A stretch of DNA of 64,000 nucleotides, taken from assembly GCA_007135095.1 (NCBI GenBank), contig SLJO01000086.1:5011-69010 (forward strand), written 5' to 3'. Shown in pieces: positions 22,801-32,078 of this stretch. The notes beneath the pieces were generated by a model. That model saw only the letters and a program-made list of their open reading frames with translations, had not been told where the DNA came from and made no database searches. The position numbers and the translations under genes were made by a program. The stretch is from Bacteroidales bacterium (GTDB taxonomy: Bacteria > Bacteroidota > Bacteroidia > Bacteroidales > PUMT01). Within the stretch, counting starts at the first letter, position 1. Every line of letters starts with the position of its first letter.

Positions 22801-22966
22801 AGTGTTTTTGTGCTGCCCCATATTTCCCCTTTTCAAAAAGATCCATGGCACGCCTGAAGGATGCATCATCGTTGTCATAAATCAAAGACTTTTGTCCGCT
22901 TAAGGATTGAAAAGAGATCATTAAAAAAAGAGCTGACAACAAATAGTATCCGGAAATCCGATTCAT
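19886..22966 (-). CDS. large secreted tetratricopeptide-repeat (TPR) protein
   Basis: 1026 aa with a signal peptide (…SFQSLSGQ). Many TPR-like repeats are present (recurrent Y..A...F..G.Y..A...F patterns). It lies 27 nt upstream of the beta-barrel gene on the same strand. Confidence 0.75.
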   Translation of the reverse strand: MNRISGYYLLSALFLMISFQSLSGQKSLIYDNDDASFRRAMDLFEKGKYGAAQKHFQTAIRGYGESGTLLKSNAEYYSALCAIELFNDDAEYLMVKFVSDHPESIYQNDAHFNLGRYFYRKRNYRKSSDWLAGVRHEHLKSDLRDEYFFMLGYSYFMRNEFDKASRAFFVIKDRNSSYASPATYYYSHIAYTDRNMATALQGFLSLRDDESFAPLVPYYIIQIYYLQRRYDDVIANGPGLLEVAVSRRVPEISRLIGESYYRRRQYSEAIGYLEKYIDNTGNISREDRYQLGYCYYQTNRYEEAAAMFERVGGRDDSLGQNTNYHLADCYIHMDDKQKARMAFSAAARMDFDKTIQEDALFNYSLLTFEIAYSPFNEAINGFNNFIELFPDSRRIDEAYNYLVMAYMNTRNYREALSSIEKITVKTTDIRRAYQRVAYFRGLELYSNLRFEDAIRAFDLSLTNAQFNPAIAAQSWYWKAEAQFRLNRYTEAISNYNRFMLSPGAFGLEEYNTSHYNMGYAHFRNNDHPNAISWFRRYLNLTREGRTRMVGDALNRIGDSYFIMNQYQNSVEFYDRSISNGMANRDYALFQKAIAMGLMNNVNNKIKVLDQLLSEHPASPYRLDALFEMGNAHMAVNSPGRAVTYYTMLAEEYPASSFVSSALLQLGLIEYNRNRNAEAINYYKKVAETFPGTPQSRSALAGLRNIYLDMNNVDAYVEYSRTLGGFASVTISEQDSLTYIAAENSYMAGNHAQAAEGFARYIEKFRNGSFILNAHYYKADCHRRLGEYAKALESYNFVTGMFRNTFTEPALVGSASINFEKGNYEEALKNYQELERVAEMSSNLFSARLGQMRTSRILGIHEGTIGASAKVLSTDNLPEEIKREAHFSKGKAHQSLNRLDAALNEFRVVAQEVISSEGAESKYRIAEIYFLQGKTDQSEEEVYDLVAMNTPHQHWMAKSFILLADIYLKLGDDFQARHTLQSIVDNYDISGDGILSEARKRLQAIDLREDTQLVPDSDTLEIRFRSQ

Positions 22967-23359
22967 GCGTATTAAATATATTTGATTAATTAATCAGGTA
23001 ACTATTCTCACCCGTCCGTGCCCTGCGATTTAATGCTCCGGTGCTTTACCAATTTAATGATGCATCCAGGATTTACCGGGGTTGATCATGGTTTCGGCAG
23101 TTCATAAAAATCTTCCGGTCCAAAAATAAATATAAATTAGTTTACATCCGTTTCAAAAGCCAATTTTAATAACAATAACTGATATTTTTAAAGTTTATTC
23201 TGTTATTTCTCCCAAAAAAAAATGCTATTTTAGCAGCCGGTGGGGAACCCGGTATCCGTGACTTCAGAAACCTGATGATATACAGAAGCATAGAATACCG
23301 GATGATCATTCTGATCTTTCTTTCCGGAGATATCAAAAAATTATTTTTCTTTTGTCAAT

Positions 23360-24070
23360 ATGTCACTTGACCTTATTATAGATATTAACAAGGTAAATAT
23401 TTTCCAGGCCGAGAACCTTATCCTTTCAGATGTTACCTTCAGCATCAGTAAAGGAGAATTTGTGTACATCATCGGAAAGGTGGGAAGCGGAAAATCGAGC
23501 ATTATCAAAACACTTAATGCTGAACTGCCTTTAAGGTCGGGCCAGGCCATGGTTGCCGGGTACGACCTTGCAGCCATTAAAAGGAAGCAGATCCCCTATT
23601 TAAGAAGAAGGCTGGGCATTATATTTCAGGATTTTCAGCTACTCAGCGACCGTAATATATTCGATAACCTGGCCTTTGTCCTGCGTGCCACCGGATGGAA
23701 AAATTCTAAGGAAATCAACGACAGGATAGTTGAGGTACTGGAAAGGGTTGACCTTAACTACAAGGGGTACAAACTGCCCCACCAGCTTTCCGGGGGCGAA
23801 CAGCAAAGAGTAGTAATAGCACGGGCGCTGCTCAACAACCCTGATATAATGCTTGCCGATGAACCCACTGGCAACCTTGATCCGGAGACTTCGGAAGACA
23901 TCCTCCAGCTTCTGCTGGAAATAAGCAACAGCGGCAGAGCGGTTCTGATGGCAACCCACAACTACAACCTGCTCAAAAAATTCCCCGCCCGCACGATAAA
24001 GTGTGAACGGGGAAAAACTACCGAAGTAGACCAGACTGCCGAAATAGATTTCAGCAGTCCCATGGACTAA
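23360..24070 (+). CDS. ftsE: cell-division ABC ATPase FtsE-like
   Basis: 236 aa. Walker [10 protein letters not shown], signature LSGGEQQR, Walker [13 protein letters not shown], plus an FtsE-like length and [14 protein letters not shown] block. No ftsX is adjacent. Confidence 0.75.
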   Translation: MSLDLIIDINKVNIFQAENLILSDVTFSISKGEFVYIIGKVGSGKSSIIKTLNAELPLRSGQAMVAGYDLAAIKRKQIPYLRRRLGIIFQDFQLLSDRNIFDNLAFVLRATGWKNSKEINDRIVEVLERVDLNYKGYKLPHQLSGGEQQRVVIARALLNNPDIMLADEPTGNLDPETSEDILQLLLEISNSGRAVLMATHNYNLLKKFPARTIKCERGKTTEVDQTAEIDFSSPMD

Positions 24071-24073
24071 GCT

Positions 24074-24994
24074 TTACTTGAAATATCTTGCCGGGAACGC
24101 CAGAGTGTTAATCTTCAGACGCTGATAAAAAGTCTGCCGTGCTCCGAAGCCCCTGTAAAAACGGGCAATGCCCGGATTCATGGAGCCATTGAAATCGAGC
24201 AGCATACCGGTTTCCGAGTGCTCCTGTATGAAGTTGTCTATCAGCATAAACATTGCTCCCTGCAACCTGCCTTCTTCGGTATTTGAGGAAAAATAAAACA
24301 CATGACGATCAAAATCTTTTAGAAAGCAGGCAGCCGCAAGAACTTCACCATTTTTTGCACGGGCTGCCCTCATATGAATAACACCCTTATCCAGTCCCGC
24401 TTCTATAGAACCCTGCAGCCTGGAGTAATTGAGCCGGCTGATATGGGTGAATTTCCTCCCGTTGTTCGCGGTAAAAAGTCCGACAGCTTCAGATGGTGAA
24501 TAGTCAGGGGTAAGGGAAACGCCCAGTCTTTCGGCTTTGACGATATTTCTTCTTGTGTTGATGTTGTAATGCTTTTCAATAAAAGAGTAAGGTTTGTCAA
24601 GCCCCAGGAGGAAATTACTCATCCTGGTGACATCATATTGCGGAGAAACGATATTATTCATTTCATTCATGGATATGTCGATAAAACTGAAATTTGAAGA
24701 CAACCGCTCCAGAAAGAAAGGCAGTGCAGAGACACAGGAATCATCGAGAAAAAAAAATCCCAGTTGCTGAACGAACAGTGGCTGAAAAACGTAATTTATC
24801 CCGTATTTCCTTCCCCGGGTAACAGGCATGAATGCCCTTCCGTCATTCATTACCAGGGCCTCCCATCCCGGACTGAAGGTGTCGAGGAGCCAGGATGTGG
24901 CAAAGATACGCCTGTTAACTGAGGCCTGCACCCATGCATCCCATTTCTTCCTGTCTACCTGGAGGCTTGAAAGATAAGTTATCTTGTCTGTCAT
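24074..24994 (-). CDS. FemAB-like / GNAT-fold acyltransferase family protein (function unknown)
   Basis: 306 aa. The C-terminal half (AACFLKDFDRHVFYFSSNTEEGRLQGAMFMLID...ARFYRGFGA) resembles BioF2-like/FemAB-type GNAT domains. The 4-nt ATGA overlap with the upstream gene implies co-translation. Confidence 0.4.
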   Translation of the reverse strand: MTDKITYLSSLQVDRKKWDAWVQASVNRRIFATSWLLDTFSPGWEALVMNDGRAFMPVTRGRKYGINYVFQPLFVQQLGFFFLDDSCVSALPFFLERLSSNFSFIDISMNEMNNIVSPQYDVTRMSNFLLGLDKPYSFIEKHYNINTRRNIVKAERLGVSLTPDYSPSEAVGLFTANNGRKFTHISRLNYSRLQGSIEAGLDKGVIHMRAARAKNGEVLAAACFLKDFDRHVFYFSSNTEEGRLQGAMFMLIDNFIQEHSETGMLLDFNGSMNPGIARFYRGFGARQTFYQRLKINTLAFPARYFK

Positions 24995-26343
24995 CCGGCG
25001 GCTGATTTAATGATGTCAGTATAAACATTCTGCCAGCCCTTCCACCTGCCTTTTTCAGAAAAGGACTGGTTATGCCACAATGTAACAAGGGTACCCTTTA
25101 CGTCCTTTATTCTCTGCACGATATTTCTGGCAATTGAGGCTGATTGCCCTTGATCAAGATCCAGATAATCACGAAATGAGCCGTCCATAATCTGAAAGGG
25201 TATGACCCTAAGGGGCGTGACTGATTCCCTCATCAGATCGTAGAACAAAAAAGGAGTGCATGTACCGGCGCGGAACCCGGGTGATTCTGCCCAGCCCATT
25301 GTATAATCCTCCCTGATCCCGTTTTCAGCAAGAAGCCGGTAGGAAACGGGCATCTCAAGACGAAGGTAATGCTGCCGGCTGCGGAGGACCGGCATGCGGG
25401 TCATATCTGAAAGTTGCCCGATCTCCTTTTTCATTAATCTGCCATCCAAATATGAATAATAGGAAGGATGGGCACCGGTGCGGTACTTACCGGAAATTCT
25501 ACCGATAAGCTGGCGGTACTCAGGGTTATTACCCTGCACACATTTATCAAAGCTGCTATATGTGCCTGCGGAGATGAAAAAAAGCGGAGACAGGCCTGCC
25601 TGCTCATGTATCTGATCTATCAACGGCCATGTATCATAAGGGTCATCCTCAAGATTTAACAGCACCCTGGCACGAAAGACTGTTTCCCTGAGTTCGCCCC
25701 TTAGAAGACCCCTGGCCACTCCCCCGCAGGTTCGCCACAGACCCCTGTTCCTGTATGCCCAGGGAATATCTATATCGATCGTAGGAAGAAATGTAAATTG
25801 CCTGTCGGGGAAAACAACACCCGGATACTTCAATTTAATATTGTTTCTGAGCTGACCGGCCCATAGTTCAACAAGTGGTTCCATGGCAACGCCATAAGCA
25901 GATGCAAGGCTTTCCCTGAAAGGAAAACGGCCATGCATGTCTTTGGTGTGGGGGAGATACTCCTCGTACCTGCTGATCATAAAGAATGAAGCAGCAAACA
26001 GGTCGAACCCTGCATCATCAGTTGCGAATGACCTGAATAAAACAGGCATGCCTTCATGAAATTCGATGCCAGGTGACTGCGGTGTTATGTTATTTTCCTC
26101 AAGGAGCCCGGCAGGGCAAACATTCACTGCGCCGGGAACGGGTCTGGCTGAATAATTAATAAGCGGGATGGAGGCAGAGATTGCCTCATCATAATTGCAG
26201 GTAAAGTCAAGGTCCCATCCCAGCAACTCAACTATCAGGTGAGAGGCAATATATCTCAGCCGGGGACTTACTTCAGGGGAATAAAACAGTAGTTTTTCCA
26301 TCACCATACGCAAAAGTACATTTTGTTTTAAATATCTTTGCAC
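24991..26343 (-). CDS. polysaccharide-deacetylase-like (NodB-like) family protein; start uncertain
   Basis: 450 aa from a GTG start. Blocks TIDIDIPWAY, GAHPSYYSY and RSRQHYLRL resemble divergent carbohydrate esterase 4-like proteins. Alternative ATG starts lie at 26307 and 26301 (MEKLLFYSP). Confidence 0.35.
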   Translation of the reverse strand: MQRYLKQNVLLRMVMEKLLFYSPEVSPRLRYIASHLIVELLGWDLDFTCNYDEAISASIPLINYSARPVPGAVNVCPAGLLEENNITPQSPGIEFHEGMPVLFRSFATDDAGFDLFAASFFMISRYEEYLPHTKDMHGRFPFRESLASAYGVAMEPLVELWAGQLRNNIKLKYPGVVFPDRQFTFLPTIDIDIPWAYRNRGLWRTCGGVARGLLRGELRETVFRARVLLNLEDDPYDTWPLIDQIHEQAGLSPLFFISAGTYSSFDKCVQGNNPEYRQLIGRISGKYRTGAHPSYYSYLDGRLMKKEIGQLSDMTRMPVLRSRQHYLRLEMPVSYRLLAENGIREDYTMGWAESPGFRAGTCTPFLFYDLMRESVTPLRVIPFQIMDGSFRDYLDLDQGQSASIARNIVQRIKDVKGTLVTLWHNQSFSEKGRWKGWQNVYTDIIKSAAG

Positions 26344-26419
26344 TATTTTTAAATCCGGAATAAATCATTCCATGACGATATTTTCAAATCCCTGCAAAAT
26401 GAACTGAAATAACTTATGA

Positions 26420-27445
26420 ATGTCTCCTGAAAATTTCAATATTTACCACCACAAAGAAGCATTTGCACTTGAATCCGGGGAATATCTCCCTGAGCTTGAG
26501 ATAGCATACCATACATTCGGGACCTATAGTCCCGGTAAAAATAATGTCATATGGGTCTGTCATGCATTCACAGCCAACTCAGATGTTTTTGACTGGTGGA
26601 AAGGTTTGTTTGGAAAAAACTGTTTCTACAATCCTGAAGATTATTTCATAATATGCGCGAATAAAATAGGGTCATGCTATGGTTCCAGCGGCCCCCTGAG
26701 CATAAATCCGCGCACCGGAAAACCCTGGTTTCACACCTTTCCCGAAATAACAATACGTGACATGGTAAATGCACATGAGATTTTGAGGAAACATCTGGGA
26801 ATAGAAAAGATCCACACGGTGATCGGCGGATCTACCGGTGGCCACCAGGCGCTGGAATGGGCAATCATGAATCCCGGACTTCATGATAATCTTGTATGCC
26901 TTGCCAATCATGCAAAAGCTTCGCCCTGGAGCATCGCCTTCAGCCAGTCCCAGCGGATGGCAATTGAGGCCGACCAGAGCTGGAAGGAAAATCACCCCGA
27001 AGCCGGGTACAGGGGGATGGCAGCGGCACGATCAATTGCCCTGATAAGCTATCGCAATTACACAGCCTATCTTGAAACTCAATCTGAAGATACGGATGAA
27101 AAAACTGATAACTTCAGGGCAATGAGCTATCAGGTCTACCAGGGCGAAAAGCTGGTAAAACGATTTAATGCGTATTCATATATGAGACTGCTTAATGCCC
27201 TTGATTCGCACAATACAGGCAGGAAAAGAGGCAGCATCGATGATGCCCTGGCCACCATAAGGGCTAAAACACTTGTGATTGGCATATTAAGCGATTACCT
27301 TTTTCCGGTCCGGGAACAGCTTTACCTTACTGAACGGATTCCCGGGGCTACATTCACAGGAATAGAATCCATGTACGGGCATGACGGGTTTCTCATTGAG
27401 ACCTGTAAAATAAAATCGGCGATAAACAGATTTTACAACAGGTAA
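26420..27445 (+). CDS. metX: homoserine O-acetyltransferase
   Basis: 341 aa alpha/beta hydrolase. Blocks: VCHAFTANSD, nucleophile elbow GGSTGG, and C-terminal YGHDGFL. Confidence 0.88.
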   Translation: MSPENFNIYHHKEAFALESGEYLPELEIAYHTFGTYSPGKNNVIWVCHAFTANSDVFDWWKGLFGKNCFYNPEDYFIICANKIGSCYGSSGPLSINPRTGKPWFHTFPEITIRDMVNAHEILRKHLGIEKIHTVIGGSTGGHQALEWAIMNPGLHDNLVCLANHAKASPWSIAFSQSQRMAIEADQSWKENHPEAGYRGMAAARSIALISYRNYTAYLETQSEDTDEKTDNFRAMSYQVYQGEKLVKRFNAYSYMRLLNALDSHNTGRKRGSIDDALATIRAKTLVIGILSDYLFPVREQLYLTERIPGATFTGIESMYGHDGFLIETCKIKSAINRFYNR

Positions 27446-27559
27446 TTTTTAGTGAACGGACAATTAGAAGCTGCACATACCCGTTTAGAATCACAGCCGG
27501 GAAGGGTACTGGCGGCTCAACCCAATTGACGCAGGAAACAATACAAAATATCAGTTCAG

Positions 27560-28318
27560 ATGCAAATTAGGGCAATTATAGCATTTCTTTGTTTTGCTGG
27601 TGCCTTGCCCCACCCGCAAAAAGGCCGGACCCATGCAGAATTGGACCATTACGACAGGCATATTCAGTTTTCCGGATACGACTGGCTGGTAAAAAGCAGC
27701 GTTTCACGCACCGGTCCGGGCCCCAACTTTTTCTCCGATGCTCAGGATAACGTATGGATCGATGATCAGGGAAGGTTGCATCTGGCCATTAACACTGATG
27801 GTAACCGCTGGTATTGCGCAGAAGTGGTCAGCAAGAAGTCATTTGGCTACGGAAGGTATGAGTTTGTGCTTGGAACAAGTCCCGTCCTGACAGATAATAA
27901 TGTGGTATTTGGATTATTCACCTGGGACCGGGACCTGAAACCCCATCATAACGAAATAGATATAGAATTCTCCAGCTGGGGTGTGGACAGGACCCGGAAT
28001 TCCCAATATGCAATCCATAAAGACATTGATATGGACAAATCGCACAGGTTTGCCATGAGTGGGTCAGATTCGGAAACGCTTCACATAATAACATGGTCAC
28101 CCGGAGAGATCGTATTCGAAAGCTACAGCGGCAGCACCCCCCTGCCAAGGAGAAGAATCGATTCATGGAGGGTAACAGGTGAACGTGTTCATACTCCGGC
28201 AAATGAACAGGTACGTATGAACCTCTGGCTTTTCGGGGGATTACCCCCGGATGATGAAGCTGAAGGGATTATCCGCGTAACTGTAACCAGCTTCACATTC
28301 ACACCTTTGAAGAATTGA
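27560..28318 (+). CDS. glycoside hydrolase family 16-like protein (secreted)
   Basis: 252 aa with a signal peptide. The catalytic ExDxE motif is present as NEIDIEF, in a jelly-roll-like context. Confidence 0.65.
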   Translation: MQIRAIIAFLCFAGALPHPQKGRTHAELDHYDRHIQFSGYDWLVKSSVSRTGPGPNFFSDAQDNVWIDDQGRLHLAINTDGNRWYCAEVVSKKSFGYGRYEFVLGTSPVLTDNNVVFGLFTWDRDLKPHHNEIDIEFSSWGVDRTRNSQYAIHKDIDMDKSHRFAMSGSDSETLHIITWSPGEIVFESYSGSTPLPRRRIDSWRVTGERVHTPANEQVRMNLWLFGGLPPDDEAEGIIRVTVTSFTFTPLKN

Positions 28319-28378
28319 TTTCCCATATGGAACCCGGCTGTGCCAGCGGGATTATTACAGTATAGTAACCTGATAAAG

Positions 28379-29209
28379 ATGTATATGCAAAACGTCCAAA
28401 TGGTAGTGACCGACCTTGACGGAACCCTGTTTAACGACAATCAGCACATAACTGAACAGAGTATAGATACCCTCAACTGGCTGGGTGAAAAAAATATCTG
28501 CAGGGTTATTGCCACAGGGCGGAATCTTTTCAGTGTCAAAAAAGTTTTGCCGGCCAGCCTCCCTGTCGATTACCTTGTTTTTTCAACCGGTGCAGGGGCG
28601 ATGGACTGGCAGACCGGGGAACTTATATATGCAGAACACCTTAAACAGGAAGAGGTGTCAATGGCAATAGAAATACTGACCGGCGCGGGAATCAGCTTCA
28701 TGGTCCATGACCTGGTACCTGACAATCATAGTTTCATGTATTTCGATGCCAAATGCGGCAACAGCGACTTCCAGAGGAGATGCGCACTTTATAAAGACTT
28801 TGCCGTTCCCCTCGACCTTGATTCTCCGGGTTACAAACTTGCCAGCCAGCTTATTGCCATAGTACCGGAAAATCTCTCAGTTCTGGAAACCATAAAAACC
28901 AGGTTAGGATCCTTAAGGGTTGTGCGTACAACCTCGCCACTTGACGGGGAAACCATGTGGATAGAGATCTTTCCTCCAAATGTTTCAAAAGGCCATACTA
29001 TAGAATGGCTGTGTAACAGACTGTCTATAAGCAAAGCAGGCACCATCGGAATAGGTAATGACTACAATGACATAGACCTGCTGAATTTTGTCAACTATCC
29101 CTTCGCTGTTAACAATGCCCCTGAGCCGATAAGAAAACTATACGGAACCTGCCGATCCAACAATGATAACGGCTTTTCTGATGCAGTTTTCCAGGTACTC
29201 ACCTGGTAA
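28379..29209 (+). CDS. Cof-type HAD-IIB family hydrolase (sugar-phosphatase-like)
   Basis: HAD motif I is VTDLDGTLF and motif IV is GNDYNDIDL. The ATG at 28379 (or 28385) is preferred over the GTG called at 28340. Confidence 0.8.
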   Translation: MYMQNVQMVVTDLDGTLFNDNQHITEQSIDTLNWLGEKNICRVIATGRNLFSVKKVLPASLPVDYLVFSTGAGAMDWQTGELIYAEHLKQEEVSMAIEILTGAGISFMVHDLVPDNHSFMYFDAKCGNSDFQRRCALYKDFAVPLDLDSPGYKLASQLIAIVPENLSVLETIKTRLGSLRVVRTTSPLDGETMWIEIFPPNVSKGHTIEWLCNRLSISKAGTIGIGNDYNDIDLLNFVNYPFAVNNAPEPIRKLYGTCRSNNDNGFSDAVFQVLTW

Positions 29210-29367
29210 AATTAATAACCCAAACAATATAACATAAAACCAATACGTTACATATGATTACACTGCCATTTGGAACCAGAAGGTTTTGGTAAAGTGAAAG
29301 TATTTAATGAACTTTGCAAAACCTTTAACAATCTGTTAAAGCATAAATAATTTAAAAGTAAAAGATT

Positions 29368-30018
29368 ATGCCCTGGTTGTGGAATGCAGTCATATTATTG
29401 TTCGCCTATTTGCTCGGGTCTGTTCCCAATGCAGTGTGGATTGGAAGATTTTTTTTCAACACTGATGTACGGGAGCACGGCAGCAAAAATGCCGGCAGCA
29501 CAAATACAATCCGGGTACTTGGTTACAAGGCCGGCCTTCCGGTACTGCTTCTGGATATCCTGAAGGGCTTTCTGGCAGTCAAGCTCATTTATTTCACCTT
29601 TTATTATATACCTGCAACAGGAGAATATATTAATTTTCAGCTGCTGCTTGGGCTCGCAGTTATTATAGGACATATATTCCCGGTTTTTGCAAATTTCAGG
29701 GGAGGGAAAGGTGTAGCCACCCTGATAGGGGTAATTCTGGCAATTGACCCCGTTTCCACCGTGATTTGCATTGGTGTGTTCCTGGTAACGCTTATCATTA
29801 CCAAATACGTTTCACTTAGCTCCATGATAGCCGGACTGTCTTTCCCCATCCTGGTAATAGTGGTGTTCAATACTACCACCTCCTCCCTTGTCATTTTTTC
29901 CCTTATTGTCTTTGTACTGCTTCTTTTCACTCATCAGAAAAATATCGAGCGACTGGTGAGGCGGGAGGAGTCCAAGGCCAATTTCCTGTTCAGAAGGAAA
30001 CATCACGGGCAGATATAA
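29368..30018 (+). CDS. plsY: glycerol-3-phosphate acyltransferase PlsY
   Basis: 216 aa polytopic membrane protein with GSKNAGSTN and RGGKGVAT motifs. Confidence 0.9.
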   Translation: MPWLWNAVILLFAYLLGSVPNAVWIGRFFFNTDVREHGSKNAGSTNTIRVLGYKAGLPVLLLDILKGFLAVKLIYFTFYYIPATGEYINFQLLLGLAVIIGHIFPVFANFRGGKGVATLIGVILAIDPVSTVICIGVFLVTLIITKYVSLSSMIAGLSFPILVIVVFNTTTSSLVIFSLIVFVLLLFTHQKNIERLVRREESKANFLFRRKHHGQI

Positions 30019-30026
30019 TCAAAGTA

Positions 30027-30833
30027 TCAGGTAAACTCACTTACATAGGAATCGCGAATAAACTCCTTCTCAAGATATTCTGTAAGCTCGCGCAGGCTGA
30101 CATTGGGTTTTATCTTACCCCCGTCGGTGATTGACATCCTTCCTGTTTCCTCGGAAATAACAACAACAACCGCATCAGTCTGCTCAGACATTCCAAGAGC
30201 TGCCCGGTGGCGCATTCCCAGTTCCGGGGGAAGGTTTATGCTTTCGGAAACCGGCAGTACACATCTCGCGGCATGTACCTTATCGCCGATTATGATAACA
30301 GCACCGTCATGCAGGGGGCTCTCCCTGCAAAAAATGCTTTCCAGCAGACGGCTGGAGGTAACAGCATCAAGAATGTCGCCTGTCTGGGCATAGCTTTCAA
30401 GTTCAGACTTGCGGGCAATAACTATAAGTGCACCCAGCCTTTTTTCTGCAAGTTTCTTAAAGGACTTAACAAGCGAATTTATGCGGATCAGCGGTCTTCC
30501 GCCACTTACCGAGGTAAAAAGTTTCTCAATTGAGAATGTGCGGTTTGAAACATACCTGGTTCCTATCAGGAGAAGAAAACGTCTGATTTCCTGCTGAAAA
30601 ACGATAATCAGGGCGATAACACCCACGCCGATAACCTGTCCGAGAATGGATCCCAGCAGCTGCATGTTAAGGGCCCTGACCAGGAGCCATAGTATGTAAA
30701 CTGCAAATATCCCCGCAAAGATGTTAATTGCAATTGTGCCCTTAATAATACGGTAGATCTGATAAAACAACAGTGCAGTCAGGATAACATCAAAAATATC
30801 CAGTATTCTCACGCTTATAAACAGGTTAACCAT
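30027..30833 (-). CDS. cdaA: diadenylate cyclase CdaA (DisA_N domain, membrane-anchored)
   Basis: 268 aa. Three N-terminal TM helices, then DAC-domain motifs HDGAVII and GMRHRAALG. It lies downstream of folP, a common arrangement. Confidence 0.88.
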   Translation of the reverse strand: MVNLFISVRILDIFDVILTALLFYQIYRIIKGTIAINIFAGIFAVYILWLLVRALNMQLLGSILGQVIGVGVIALIIVFQQEIRRFLLLIGTRYVSNRTFSIEKLFTSVSGGRPLIRINSLVKSFKKLAEKRLGALIVIARKSELESYAQTGDILDAVTSSRLLESIFCRESPLHDGAVIIIGDKVHAARCVLPVSESINLPPELGMRHRAALGMSEQTDAVVVVISEETGRMSITDGGKIKPNVSLRELTEYLEKEFIRDSYVSEFT

Positions 30834-30940
30834 GCAGCGGAAATATTTTAAGTTAATAGGTAAAGATAATTACAAAATACCCCATTTTTTAATAAAATCA
30901 AGCCTTTATCGGAGATACCGGAATTTCAGGAACATTTCCA

Positions 30941-31804
30941 TTATGCCAGGGCCTGCATTTTTTTCAGGTGCTGTACTACCTGTACCGTTTCCCTGGCCTC
31001 CCTGACATCATGAACCCGCAAAATATCAACACCCTTAAGGATGGCTATGGCATTAAGGGCAATTGTCCCTGTAAGTGCCTTTTCAGGATTCACCCTCAGA
31101 AGGCGGCAGATCATTGATTTTCTCGAAAATCCGGCCAGAAGGGGCATCTCCAGCATACTGAATTCTTCCAGCCTGGCAGCAAGGGTATAATTATGGTCCA
31201 CTGTCTTCCCGAACCCGAAGCCGGGGTCTATTATTATATCGGCAATGCCCATGCTTCGCATTATCCTGGTTTTTTCGGCAAAGAACCTGATAATATCATT
31301 TACAACATCATCGTATTGCGGATCCAACTGCATGGTCTGAGGGGTTCCCTGCATATGCATGGCAACATAAGGAACCTGGAGCCTGGCAATTGTTTCGAGC
31401 ATTCTGTAACCGGCACTGCCGGAAGAAATATCATTTATTATCGCCGCACCATACTCGCCTGCCATTATTCGGGCAACCTCCGGGCGGCAGGTGTCTATTG
31501 AAACAACCAGATCAGGATGTTCGCCACGGATCACTTCCATAACCCATGCCAGGCGGCTGATCTCCTCCCTTTCCGGCACATCGCCTGCCCCCGGCCTGGT
31601 TGAAACACCACCGACATCAATAATATCTGCGCCCTCAAGCCTCATTTGATTAATCCTTGCAGCTACCTTGCCTGCATCTGGATACCTGCCACCGTCAAAA
31701 AAGGAGTCGGGGGTAGCATTAAGAATTCCCATTATCAATGGCCTGGAGAGATCATAAAGGATTCCACGTATACACAGGCTCTTTTTTTTATTAAAAAAAT
31801 CCAT
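30941..31804 (-). CDS. folP: dihydropteroate synthase
   Basis: Blocks GILNATPDSF, DVGGVSTRPG and DPGFGFGK. The ATG at 31804 (MDFFNKKK) is preferred over the TTG called at 31831. Confidence 0.92.
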   Translation of the reverse strand: MDFFNKKKSLCIRGILYDLSRPLIMGILNATPDSFFDGGRYPDAGKVAARINQMRLEGADIIDVGGVSTRPGAGDVPEREEISRLAWVMEVIRGEHPDLVVSIDTCRPEVARIMAGEYGAAIINDISSGSAGYRMLETIARLQVPYVAMHMQGTPQTMQLDPQYDDVVNDIIRFFAEKTRIMRSMGIADIIIDPGFGFGKTVDHNYTLAARLEEFSMLEMPLLAGFSRKSMICRLLRVNPEKALTGTIALNAIAILKGVDILRVHDVREARETVQVVQHLKKMQALA

Positions 31805-32078
31805 GGCCGGGAGAAATAAGTTATAAAGCAAACCTACTTAATATTTCAGAAATTTTTTCAACCGGGGCCGGTATTTGATGCAGTCAGCTGGTCAATTTAT
31901 CGCCATCACGTAATAATTAGTGCCGGTACCCGCGCGCGTTGAATGATTCCTGCCCTTGTACCGGTCATTATGATTTTATTCATGGACGTTTCAGATTTTT
32001 TTTACACTTTTGCAGTAAACCGTGGTCAGCAACATAGAGGCACAATAAACACCATAAACTCAAATCAATTACTTAACA

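Noticed and set aside
24749-24757. A9 homopolymer inside the FemAB-like gene, and a T8 run at 54394-54401 inside the ComB-like gene, considered as phase-variation tracts
   Set aside because: Both are in frame and encode plausible Phe/Lys runs. The lengths are modest and there is no evidence of frameshifted alleles in this single sequence.
26311-26318. TACTTTTG (-7-like box, minus strand) inside the called 5' end of the 450-aa ORF
   Set aside because: It is only 3 nt from the next in-frame ATG and could be coincidental. I used it only to flag start-codon ambiguity and did not call it as a promoter.
26344-26419. Possible SAM riboswitch upstream of metX
   Set aside because: Only 76 nt are available and no SAM-I-like conserved segments are visible. 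This is too short for the known aptamer plus expression platform.
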